From Geosiphon pyriformis uo1 (lineage: Eukaryota > Fungi > Glomeromycota), in contig JAAOMT010000599.1 in assembly GCA_016748015.1 (NCBI GenBank), positions 574,480-638,479 on the forward strand: a DNA stretch of 64,000 bases. The letters run 5' to 3'. The notes beneath the pieces are model-generated. The model did not search any database. It was not told where the DNA came from and worked only from the letters and a program-made list of their open reading frames with translations. This document shows, in pieces, positions 1-11,824 of the stretch (the stretch's first letter is position 1; the number at the start of each line of letters is the position of its first letter). The translations under genes and the position numbers were made by a program.

Positions 1-258
1 TGTTGGATCTGAATATATGTTGAATAGTATTGTCTCTTTCTCTGATTCTGTGATTACTTTGGTTGGTTGATCTGGATTTCTTCTGTTTTTCCGGTAAAGT
101 ATATTTTGATAGTTGATAAAATATTTTGATTGCTGTTTTATGTTTCTTTGTTCCTGTTAAGATAATTTCTTCTTGAACAATTTGGTATTTATATAATGTT
201 AGAGTTGTTGGTATTTTTGTATATTCATCTTTTGTTATATTTTTGGGTTGAAATGTTT

Positions 259-1668
259 TTAGATTTGTCTTATTCACGACAATCCATCAGCATTTCCATT
301 GTCTTTTCCTTTTTTATAATGTACTGTATAATTGAATGGTGAAAGTTCTATTTTCTATCTGACATGGTGGTCATTTCCAAATTCTTACTTCTGGATTGAA
401 GTTAATCTTTTGTGATCCATATATATTTCAAATTTTTGGCTCAAGTATTCTTTCCATTTCATGACTGCATAATAGATTGTTAAGTGTTCCAATGCTGGTG
501 TTCCATAGTTTTTTTCAGCTGGACTCAAGCTTTGGCTGGTGTATGCTACTGGATGTTCTCTTTCATCTGGTCTTTTCTGCAATAGTATTGTTCCCAATGC
601 TTGGTTTGATGCATTAGTAGTAATGATAAATGGTTTGCTGTAATCTGGATACATCAATACTAGAGCTTGAATAAGCTTTCTTCTTAGTGTGTTAAATGCC
701 TCTTGTTGAGCTTCTGTCCATTCATACTTCACATTTTTAGTTTGTAAATGATGGAATGGCTGGGCCAATTTAGAAAAGTCTTTGATAAAATGACAATAAT
801 AGTCTATGAATTCTAAAAATGCTCTTAGTTCTGTTAAATTGGTTGGTACTGGAAAGTTTTTCACTATTGCAATCTTATCTGGATCTGTTTTAATGCCATC
901 TTTGCTTACAATATGTCCCAAAAATTTGAGTTCTGTTTTTCCAAAGAAATATTTGTTTGCATTCAACTTCAATCCTGCTCTTCTCAACCTCTCAAATACT
1001 TGTTGAAGATGATGTAAATGATCATCAAATGTTTTGGAAAACACATTTGTGTCATCTAAGTAAACAACTATGGATTTCCACAGTAGTCTGGTATAGACAA
1101 TTTTCATGAGCCATTGGAATGTTGCTGAAGCATTTATCAAGCCAAATAGCATGACTTCAAACTCAAAATTTCCCTCTTTTGTGGTGAATGCTATTTTCTC
1201 TTTGTCAGCTGAATCCATGGCTACTTGTCAGTAATTACTATTTAAATCTAGTGTTGAGAACCACTTATTTCCTCCAAAAGCATCAAATAGTTCTTGGATC
1301 TTTGGAGTTGGATAGCTATCACCTTTAGTTACTCCATTCAGTTTTTGATAATCCACACAAAAACGGATCTTTCTATTCTTCTTCCAGACTAGTACCACTG
1401 GTAATGACTATGGGCTCATTGATAGCTGAATTAGCCTATTGTCAAGCATTCAGTTAATTTCTTGACAAATAATCTCATGACTGGCTGGTGGTACTCTATA
1501 TGCTCTTTGTTTTATTGGCATTGCATCTCCAGTCTTGATCTGGTGCTGGATTATATTAGTCCTGCCAAATTCATTTTTACTGGCAAAAATATCATTGAAA
1601 TTGTGAAGTAATATCTTGAGTTGCATTTGTTGAAATAGATCTAAGTTCTCAAAATTCATCTGTTCCAA
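259..1668 (-). pseudogene. Reverse transcriptase-RNase H of element A
   Basis: KIAFTT...FEFEVM(P)FGL, VVYLDDT, FLGHIVS, IITTNASNQALG, PVAYTS. Frame ends NADGLS*IRQI-TAA at 259-261. Confidence 0.95.
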
Positions 1669-2089
1669 TTGTTCTGGTTGTAGCAGATAATATTTGCTTT
1701 GTTCATAAATGGTTTGTGATGTGATATCTATATATCTACAAAGCTGTGGAAAATCTGGAATGTAGTTTGGTGGTTAATTCTCAACCTCAATGGTTAAGTA
1801 TCTGATAATGATTTCTTTTGGTATCTCAATGACATTTCCGGTTGTGTTATAGATGGAAATTTTGATGTTTTTGGGGCTTTTGGCTGATATATAAAGATTA
1901 GTGAGTCCAATCTCTCCTGATTTACAAATAGTGGCTTCTGCTTCAAACAACTGGGCTTGATTTTTTACTTCCCTCTTTATAACTAATGTGTACTGGTTAT
2001 ATGGTAGAATAGAAATTGATTGGCAAATTGAGATAATTTCTCCTTTGTCAACAATTTTTTCCTCTGCTATATTAACTGGTATGTCTATT

Positions 2090-2484
2090 CTAACTGTTGA
2101 TCCAAAACCCTGTATCTCTCTAGTAGTAATTCTTAATTTTTTCCTGTTTTTCACTGATATTAATTGAGCTACTTTTACCAGAGGCAGGAATATTGTCTGT
2201 GCTATTTTTTCATTTAGCTCTATTATATAGGCTTTTTCTGAATTATTTTGTAGCATTGCAATGATATTTTCTACATATTCTGCATCAATTATTTTTTTTC
2301 TAATGTTGATTCCCTTTTTTGTTAAGCTACTCCTCGATACTAGTTGTACTATTGTTGTTGCTGGGATTTCTAATGCTACTTTGAGATCGATGCATATGTG
2401 TAAATGTGGTTTCAATTTAATGACATTCTTTCTTGGATATCTCAGATCAAATCTTGCATCAGTATTATGCATGTGTTCTGGCAT
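2090..2484 (-). pseudogene. dUTPase domain of element A
   Basis: DARFDL (motif I), SRSSL (II), KKIIDAEY (III, degenerate), KIAQ (IV), TREIQGFGST (V) within ORF 1774..2778. Confidence 0.9.
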
Positions 2485-3799
2485 AATATCTTCATTATTG
2501 TCACTGAACCATTTTAGTTCTTGCTTCTTAGTGAGATCGGGGAGCACAATATATTGTTCAGAGTTTGAAGTGAAGTTTGAATTTGAGTTAAAATTGTTGC
2601 TATATTGAGTGGAACTGGAACCATTATTTTCATTGTCATCATTATTGGAGTTTGAATCATGATTGAAAGTTGATTTCAATTCTGATGTGTAGTTGCTAAT
2701 TGGTTCCTCCTTTTCTGAGATTGTGTAGATCATGCGGATTGTAAATAAGATCACACTTATTACAATATTGAAAGTCACAGAGAATTAAATAATGTTGACA
2801 TAATCGAGTATTTAACTGCTCTAAATACTGCTCTTATTTTTCCCTAGTGGGTGCTAATTGTTGGTAATGTTCATGGAATTCTTTCAAATCATTTTCAATG
2901 TTACCAAAGACATCAAAAATAAGGACATATTCAGGTTTGAGTAGTGAGAGTGGGTTATTCTTAATTTCTAATAGCTCACTGGTAGTGGCGCTTTCTGCTT
3001 TTACACTCACCATTCTCCAGATTTTATGTTCATCATGAGAATATCTTTCCAATTGTTACAACGCTCTTTTCCAGGCATCATTGATTGGAGTTCTTTTGTG
3101 TACCCAGTTGTTTATTAGAATGATATACTGGCATGTCTCATTACATGTCTCTCTTCACCCAGGAATGTCATTCCATATTTCTTCATCAGGCAAAATAGTT
3201 CTACATGTGAGACAAGATTTGTTATTCTATTTTCCTTGTTTTTTTGAGCATCCAAATTATTCTATAATACATGGGCAATAATAGAACTTTGTTGTTGTGG
3301 AGTATTCTTCATTATTGCCACAGTATGTGCTCATTGATGACAATTTCTTACTGCAATCTACACATATTAATTTTGGTCAGTAATAGTTAGATGGCATTAG
3401 TAAAAAGTAAGCATATGGGCAATAAGTGGTAGTTGAACCCTCTTTCTTCTCTTTCCTTTTTCTTTTATTATTATCTTCTTCTCACTTTTAAGTTGTTGTT
3501 TTGTTCTGATCATTGCTAGTTATCTAGGCTTGGTTGGTATTCCAGGTAGGTTTTTTTTTTTGTTTTCTTTTTCCCTTGTTGTCCCAAGAGAGTATCAGTA
3601 ATAGCTCATTGTGGTCTTCATCAGCCCAAAACACTTGATAGGCTTCCCAGATAGGTTTTTCTTTTTTTTTCTTGAATTTGATAAGTGGGGTTGATGGCAT
3701 AGTAATGGGTTTGAAGTGTTCACACATGACAAATACCTGCATGTGTCAACTATTTTGGTTAAACTGTAGCTCCTATGTGTTCCAGTTAAGCATGGCATT

Positions 3800-4138
3800 T
3801 GTTTTAACTAACCAGTCATTACCAACTAGTGCTTGGTACTAAGTAGCTTCCATTACTAGTACTTTGATGAGTACTATGATGCTGTTGATTTCAATGGGTA
3901 GATTGTTAATCTTGCCAATTGGCATTTTCGTGGCTTTATTGGCTGTTATAATCCTAGAGCTGGCAGTACAGTCAACTAGGTGACCTAATTGATCCATGAG
4001 TTGTCTGGTGATGATACTGCCTGTTGACTTACTATCTAGGATGGGCTTAATAGAATAACCATCGATTTTGGCATTAGTGTACATAGTGGTAATTGGTTTG
4101 ATGTTAAGAGTGGCTCCATTGAATAATAAGACTGGCAT
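3800..4138 (-). pseudogene. Retropepsin-type aspartic protease of element A
   Basis: MYTNAKIDG..ILDSKSTGSII; ALVGNDWL follows an in-frame stop. Confidence 0.9.
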
Positions 4139-4717
4139 GGTTTCTTTGAGTTCAAAAGAAAAAATAGCTGCTAAGGTTTCATTGTATGAGATAGTTGCTG
4201 GTGGGATATTGCTGATAAGTGGCTGCTTCTGTTTGGGTTCTCAATTGTTGGGTGATGTATCTTCTGGGATAACCAGAAGACTTAAATACTGTTGAGTGTT
4301 TGGGTTTTGAGTGTACCTAGTGTCTGAATTCCATTGTTGAGATTCTAATGGCTGGTTTGAGGAACTAGAGATTGGTTGATAGACTACTATTGCCAATCTC
4401 CAGCTTTGTTGTGTCAGTCTTGGCCTTTGGGTTCTGTTTTGAGGTAGGTTTTGTTTGAATTTGTTGGAGTTAATAGATTACTTGGGGCTGTGATTGATAG
4501 ATAAGCTGAAACTGCAATTGATAGATTACTGGTGTTGTCAGTTGATAAACTGGTGGTTAATAGATTGACTGTTGTGTCATAGGTAGGTAATTTGATTGAT
4601 ACAGTTCTGGTAATTGATTACTGACATAATTCTGAGTTTGTAATCAGTGTTACTCATAGAAATATAAGAAATATATTAGCATAATTATTAGCCAATCAGA
4701 AGTAAGTGTAGTAAATG

Positions 4718-4872
4718 TGGAATTCCAGGATTTCTCTCAGAAATTGCAGGATTGCAGGATTCCTCTCAGAAATTGCAGAATTCCAGAATTCCAGGATTCC
4801 TCTCAAAGAAATCACAGAATTCCAAGAATTCCAGGATTCCTGTTGTAAAGAATCAAGGAATTGAGGAATCCC
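4718..4872 (+). repeat. Imperfect GAATTCCAGGATTCC-type tandem repeats in U3 of the LTR
   Basis: Multiple gaattccagga/gaattccaaga units directly upstream of the TATA element. The array is shorter in the 3' LTR and is also present in the LTR of A (~17160-17330). Confidence 0.85.
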
Positions 4873-4879
4873 AATTATG

Positions 4880-4887
4880 TATATATA
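4880..4887 (+). promoter_or_regulatory. Putative LTR TATA box
   Basis: ATGTATATATAG is conserved in the LTRs of B (both), F and G, and nearly so in A, downstream of the U3 repeats. Confidence 0.6.
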
Positions 4888-5508
4888 GCAGTAGTGTTAA
4901 AAACAGAAGAGACAGAATCGATACCACAGAATCCTTAGCCTAGTAATGCAATTATTGAATAAATAAATTATTTCATATCTCCATCTACTTACCCACTATT
5001 AACTTTTCATGTTGATAGTAATTGATACTTAACCATGCTAGAACAATAGCTCTTGATCATGGCTATTGACGGGATACTAATCTGCAAATTGCTTTGGCTT
5101 ATTTCTTTTTTTTCTTTATTTTCCTTTATTTATTTTTCTTTATTTTATTTTGATTTGTTGTTGTATACTAATTGATTAAAAGGATTAAGCACTGAGTTAT
5201 TGACATCAAGGATAGCCTGGTAAAAGACCCAGAAATAAGGGTAAAATTTTATATATTATCAGATAGCTTACTAGAAGAGCATGACTGCCAGATTAAATCC
5301 GGCCACCACGCTGAGAAAGAAATTGGGAAAACTTTTGGAAAGATACATCTACTATCAACACTATTGAATCTCTGTCTATTATACAAAGGACTTAACCAAA
5401 ACCTTCAGATACAAAACCTTCAGATCATTATCAATTGCAATTAGCTTTGAGCACCAAGTTATAGGTTTGTTATTTAATTCAACAGCAGAAATAATTATCT
5501 GTAACATT

Positions 5509-5525
5509 TGGTGCTCCCTGTGAGG
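5509..5525 (+). promoter_or_regulatory. Primer-binding site of B (TGGTGCTCCCTGTGAGG)
   Basis: Starts with TGG 2 nt after the LTR. Complementary to a tRNA 3' end CCUCACAGGGAGCACCA, resembling elongator tRNA-Met or tRNA-Ile(UAU); assignment not verified. Confidence 0.85.
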
Positions 5526-5568
5526 TATAATCCTACAGAGAACCAGCACTGACAACACCAAACCAAAA

Positions 5569-8500
5569 GTGGCAGAATCAGAAAACATAGGAGCAAACCA
5601 TTTAGGATTCGCAAAATCCTTATTTCAACACTATTGTCAATACTTGGGATTAAACCACAATCATATATTTGCTGAATCAGCCTTCAATTTCTACATTAAT
5701 GAAAAGATTTCCTCTTTATTAGGAACATCAGTGAATATTGAATCAGCAAGAAAAACTTTTTACAGAGAATTAATTCAAAACACCAACCTACCAACAAACC
5801 ATAATTTTGCATCTATCATCACTGAGATCAACAAAGAAATTGAACACCACACTCAACAAAAATATCCAATTACTTATGCTAGTAAAGACAAGGGAAAATT
5901 ACAAACACCAGCAGTAACATCCTGAAAAATACAGCCACCTGCTTGGAAGAAAAACAGAGTTGAATCCCCAAGTAACCCATCATACCACTATACACCTGGA
6001 AGTGCTATCAACATATCATCAACTGACACGTTGCCATCAACTGCAACATCAGCATTTGGACAATTCCCATTCCAAAGTAGACAAAGGAAAACCGAATTGT
6101 TAGGACCATATGGCAAATACTTTGAGGGATTTAATTTGTGATCATCAACCCCATCAGGACTTCAATCACTACTGCCTCCACCAGATTTCGGAATCTCTGA
6201 CCTGTGGGAAGCAGCAGAATCAGAAAAGGAAGAAGAAGAATCAAAGGATCAAGAATTCACTTATCAAAACCCGATCACTGAAAACCCGGAAGTTGAAAAC
6301 CCGAATATTCAAATTCAGCAACAGTTAGAAAATCTGGAAATCAAAACTCTGAATATTCGAATGCTGCCAAATCAAAGAAATCAAAAACCCGAATTAATTA
6401 ATCAGCAAAACTTATCTCCGGTAATCATCATCAATTAACCACCAATTAATCCCATAGCTGAATCCATATAGCAGCCACTTCAGCTACCACCCCAACAGCC
6501 AGGACAACAACAACTGCTTCAACAGCCACTACAACCATCTAACTTAGATCCAATAGCCTACGCACCAATCACAAAACTTGACAACTTTACAGGTGAAGAG
6601 GATGATGCTCAAATATGGCTGAATGATATAGAAAAGGCCATCACAGCCAACGGATGGAATGACACTCGAGCAATACAAGCCATTTCCTACTTTTTCAAAG
6701 ATACTGCCAATTCATGGTACCAGAGCTTGATTAATAAACCACAAGATTTTAATGCCTTCAAAGCAAAATTTCTAAGATACTTTAGCAACAATAACAGCAT
6801 CAATTGCCTAGTTAATGCATTCACCACCATGAAACAAGGAGAAACTAAAGCAGTTACCACTTACCTGGGACGCTTCCATCAAAACCTACGCCAAATTCAA
6901 GCAATTGATGCCAATTATTTCACAGCACCACAGATACTCAATCAGTTTATCCATGGCCTGTGCAGCAGCATCTTGCAACATGTATGTCTGTTACATCCAG
7001 GCACCCTTCAAGATGCAGTTACACGCGCCAGAGATTTTGAATCCACTGAGTCAGAGGCTAACCACGCCCAAGCCGTTAATCTAGTAATGAATGGATCATC
7101 TGAATTGGATTCCAAATGAGAAAAGTTTAGTTAATCAATCAATAAGAGATTGGAAGGATACTTAGCTAACAATCATGCCATTTATCAGCCTTCACAATGA
7201 CGCAATAATCAAGGAAATTCTAATCGTGGCCAAAATCAATCACATCCATCTTTATTAACCAATCAACAGTAGCAACAGAAAACGTGTATCTGCCACTATT
7301 GTGGTAAACAAGAACATATCCAAATTAACTGTTGCCAGCGTCTAAATAACCAATGATCGGGAAATCAATATCAAAACCCCGATCGCCAGTTCCAAACTGA
7401 ATTATTATCCAAATCAGAGTCAAGACCAATATCAAAATAATTACCTGCCCATGATGCAGCAACCAATCTATCAACCACCAGTATATCAACCTCCGATTCA
7501 ACAGCCGCAACCACAAGTAATATATCAACCACAGCCACAAATAATTTATTAACCCCAACAAATCCAAACACTGCCCTAAAACTTACCACCCAACAGAACC
7601 CAAAGACCAAAAATGACTCAACAGAGCTGGAAATCGGCGATGGTAGTCCATCAACCAATCCCCAGTTCTTCACAGCAACCATCTGGATTTTGCCAGTGGA
7701 ATTCGGGTACTGGTCAACCCCAAAATCCAAATTTCCAGAACTATTTAAGTCTCCTGGTTACCCCAGAAAATGCTTCAACCAACAACCCAGCATCTACCCA
7801 AAAACAACCACTCACCAGTAATATTCCACCTGCTACTATTACCAAAGACGAGTCATTGGCTACTATCTTCTCATTCAAATTTGAGGAAACCACTGCAACG
7901 CTATTGTTTAGTGAAGCCGCTCTTAAAGCCAAACCAATCACCATGATGTACACTAATGCCAAAGTCGAAGGACAATCCATCAAATTGATCCTGGACAGTG
8001 GTTCTGCAGGCAGCATAATCACAAGGCAACTCATGGATCAATTAGGTCACCGAGTTGATCGAGCTGCTAGTGTCAAAATCATCACAGCCAATGAAGGGAC
8101 CAAAACTCTAATCGGCAAAATCAACAACTTTCCTTTTGAAGTCAATGGCATTGTGACTCCCATTAAAGTTCTAGTGATAGAAACCACTCAATACCAAGCT
8201 CTTATTGGTAATGACTGGCTATCCAAAGTCAATGCAACATTAGACTAGAACACCCAAGAACTCCAGCTAACGTATTAGGGCCAACACATACGTGTTCCGG
8301 CCACATGTGGCCACTTCACAACTCCTCCAAGAGAAAAACTATTGATCGAACTGGAGGAGAAAGAAAAGCCTACCTGGGAAGCCTACCAAGTATCGTGGAC
8401 GGATGAAGAGCACAACAAACTACCACCAATACTCTCCTGGAATGACAGCAACAAGGGAAAAGGGAAACAAAAGGAAGAACTTACCTGGGAAACTGATGAC

Positions 8501-11500
8501 CTGACATGGACCAACAATGATGAGAGCAAACCAACTTCAAGCTGGGAATGAGAAGAGGACAAAGAAAATAAAGAAAAAGGGAAAGAAGAAGAGACCACCC
8601 AAACCATCACCGCTTATAATAATACCTACACTATTCTACAATGATCTACTTATCGTCAATCTAAGCTTATATGCGTCGATTGTGGCAAGAAATTGTTGTC
8701 AATGGGCACATGCTGTGGTGACAATGAGAAATACCACACCACAACAAAATTCTACTGTCATCCATGCTTACTCAAATGCTTTGGATGACCAAAAAGGCAA
8801 GAAAAATGGGATAACCAACCTTGTCTCGCTTGTAGAGAGACCCTGCTAGATGAAGGAATATGGAATGACATCCCAGGACATGGAGGAACGTGTGATGTGT
8901 CATGTCAATACATGATTCTAATAAGTAACTGGGTAAGGAAAGGAACCCCAATAAAAGCAGCCTGGAGAAGAGCTGTGCAGCAACTGGACAGTTGTCCACA
9001 TGATGACAATAAAATTTGGCAGATGGCACTTGCAAAAATTGAAGAGGCAACGCCAGAAGAGATAAAAATGATCAAAAACAACCCCCCAGAATCATTAGAG
9101 CTTGATTGGGACGTAGAACCCATCATAAACCTCCTGGATCTGGAACAATTCCACAAACACTACCAAGAATTAGCACCCACAAGGGAAGAACAAGAACAAC
9201 AGTTAAAGCAGTTAAACATTCAACTATGTCAACACTGCCTAATCCCCTGTAACTTCCAGTATTGCGATGATTGTGACCTCATTTACAATCCACCACCATG
9301 CATGATCTACACAATCCCGGAAGAGGAAAAACCAATCAGCAGCTGTGCATCAGAATCAGAATTGCTGATCAATTGCAATTCAAACCCCAACAATGACGAT
9401 GACAACAATGGTTCAAGTTCCGTTCAAAATGGCAATGACAATGACAATAATTTCAACTCAGATACAAACTCCAATTTAAACTATGAACAATACATTGCAC
9501 TACCAGATCTCTCCAAGGAACAAGAGTTGAAATAGTATAGTGACAATGGAGAAGGTATTATGCCAGAACGTGTGCATGATACTGATGCAGGGTTTAATCT
9601 GAAATATCCAGGAAAAAATGCCATCAAATTGAAACCACATTCACACACCTGCATTGATCTGAAAATAGCACTAGAAATTCTGGCAACAACAATGGTTCAA
9701 TTAGCATTTAGAAGTAGTTTAGCGAAAAGAGGGATCAATATAAAAGGAGGAATAATTGACGTGGGATATGTAGAAAATATCATTGCTATGCTACAAAATG
9801 ACTCAGAAAAGGCCTATGTAATAGAGTCCAATGAAAAGATAGCACAGACAATATTTCTGCCTCTCAGTTAGTATTAGTGGGAAAGAGGGAAGAATTAGGA
9901 ATAATGGCGAGAGGAATACAGGGATTCAGATCCACAGGTAGAATAGATGTACCAGTTAACATGACAGAGGAAAAAATTGTTGGCCAAGGAGAAATTATCT
10001 CAACTGGTCAAGCTATTTCTATTCCACCATATAGCCAGTACATGTTAGCAATAGAAAGGAAAGAAAAAGAGCAAGAACAGATTTTTGAAGCAAAAGTAAC
10101 TCTTTGTGAATCAGAAGAGATTGGGTTGATCAATCTCTACATACCAGCCAAAAGCTATAGCAGCATAAAAATTCCCATTTACAATAACATTGGCAATGTT
10201 ATCAACATACCAGAAGGAACTACCATCAGATACTTAACCACAGAAATAGAAAACCAATTACCAAACCCCATTCCAGACTTTTCACAACTTTGTGGATATG
10301 TTGACATTACATCACAAACAATCTATGGACGAGACGAATGTTATTTGCTCCAACCAGAACAATTGGAACAAATGAACATGGGAAACTTAGACCCATTCTA
10401 ATGCATGCAGCTCAAGATGTTACTTAACAATTTCAACAACATCTTTGCCAGCGAAAACAATTTTGGCCGAACTGACATCATCCAGCATCAGATTAAAACT
10501 GGAGATACAATGCCAATCAAACAAAGAACATACAGAATGCCGCCAGCCAGCCACAAGATTATTTGTCAAGAGATAAACAGAATGCTTGACAACGGGCTAA
10601 TTCAACTATCAATGAGCCCATAGTCATCACCAGTGGTACTCGTCCATAAGAAAAATGGAAAAATCTGGTTTTGTGTAGACTACAAGAAACTCAATGGTAT
10701 AACTCATAGAAACAGTTATCCAACTCCATGAATACAGAAATTATTTGATGCTTTCGGTGGAAACAAATGGTTCTCCACATTAGATTTGAACAGTGGTTAC
10801 TGGCAAGTAGCCATGAATTCAGCTAACAAAGAGAAAATGGCATTTACTACTAGAGAAGAAAATTTCGAATTTGAAGTGATGCCATTCAGCTTAACCAATG
10901 CCCCAGCAACTTTCCAATAGCTAATGGAAATTGTTTATACTGGCTTATTGTGAAAATCGGTAGTTGTATACTTGGACAACACCAATGTATTCTCAAAGAC
11001 ATTTGATGATCATCTCCATCATCTTTAACAAGTGTTCGAAAGACTAAGAAGAGCAGGACTAAAGTTAAATGCAACAAAGTGCTTCTTTGACAAGACAGAA
11101 CTCAAATTCTTGGGACACATAGTCAGCAAAGATGGCATCAAAATGGATCCAGAAAAAATAGAGATAGTAAAGAACTTTCCAGTGCTGACTAATATAACAG
11201 AACTGAAATTATTCTTGGGATTTGCCAGCTACTATCGTCATTTTATCAAGAACTTTTTCAAGATAGCACAGCCACTCAATCAACTACAAAACAAAAATGC
11301 GAAATATGAATGGACAGAAAGTCAACAAAAAGCTGAGGAAAAAGCTCATTCAAGCTCCAGTATTGATCTATCCAGATTACAGCAAACCATTCATCATTAC
11401 CACCAATGCATCTGGCCAAGCATTGGGAGCAGTATTATTGCAGAAAAGACCGGATGGCAGAGAAGATCCAGTAGCATATGCCAGCAGAGGTTTAACACCA

Positions 11501-11761
11501 GCCGAAAAGAACTATAGAACACTGGAACAAGAACACTTAGCAATATATTGAGCTGTCATGAAATGGAAAGAATACTTGAGCCAGAAGTTTGAAGTATATA
11601 CAGATCACAAGGGATTAACATCACTCCAAAAGCAAGAATTTGGAGATAGAAGACAGTCAAGATAGAAAATGGCACTTGCACTATATAATTATACTATACA
11701 TTATAAAAAGAGAAAAAACAATGGAAATGCTAACAGTTTATCGCGAATAAGACAAATTTAA
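5569..11761 (+). pseudogene. Gag-protease-Cys-rich-dUTPase-RT-RNase H polyprotein of B, with nonsense changes and small indels
   Basis: Retrotrans_gag-like 6550-7120; CCHC knuckle CHYCGKQEHIQINC ~7291-7332; ILDSGSAG protease ~7986; dUTPase 9560-9940; RT with YLDN (mutated YLDD) ~10968; RNase H TNASGQALG; stop TAA at 11759-11761. Confidence 0.93.
9560..9940 (+). pseudogene. dUTPase domain of B
   Basis: DAGFNL, RSSLA, GGIIDVGY, KIAQ, ARGIQGFRSTG; frameshifted by a small deletion near 9865. Confidence 0.92.
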
Positions 11762-11824
11762 GAACATTTCAACCCAAAAATATAATAAAACCAAAACAAT
11801 ACCAATGGAAAAATACAACAAAAA

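Larger units (their letters stand above)
1..4647 (-). mobile_element. Gypsy LTR retrotransposon A, internal 3' part (end of gag, protease, Cys-rich domain, dUTPase, RT, RNase H, start of integrase); continues off the left edge
   Basis: Collinear degenerate ORFs: 3839..4138 (ILDSKSTG protease), 1774..2778 (dUTPase), 1450..1668 and 385..1218 (VVYLDDT RT, RNase H). Rejoins 14683 seamlessly once B and one TCAG copy are removed. Confidence 0.95.
4648..5506 (+). repeat. 5' LTR of B (859 bp)
   Basis: TGTTACTCATAG...CTGTAACA; near-identical to 13905-14678. TATATATA at 4880-4887 and AATAAA near 4958. Confidence 0.97.

Noticed and set aside
1774-2778. Host dUTPase gene (DUT1)
   Set aside because: It lies within a retrotransposon pol between protease and RT and recurs in each sufficiently preserved copy.
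4718-4872. CRISPR-like or satellite interpretation of the short repeats
   Set aside because: There are no unique spacers of constant length and no cas genes, and the repeats lie within LTR U3 in a eukaryotic context.
7390-7410. Programmed gag/pol frameshift in B
   Set aside because: A has two extra nucleotides here (actcagaat vs actgaat), and C has gag and protease in one frame, so this is a copy-specific deletion.
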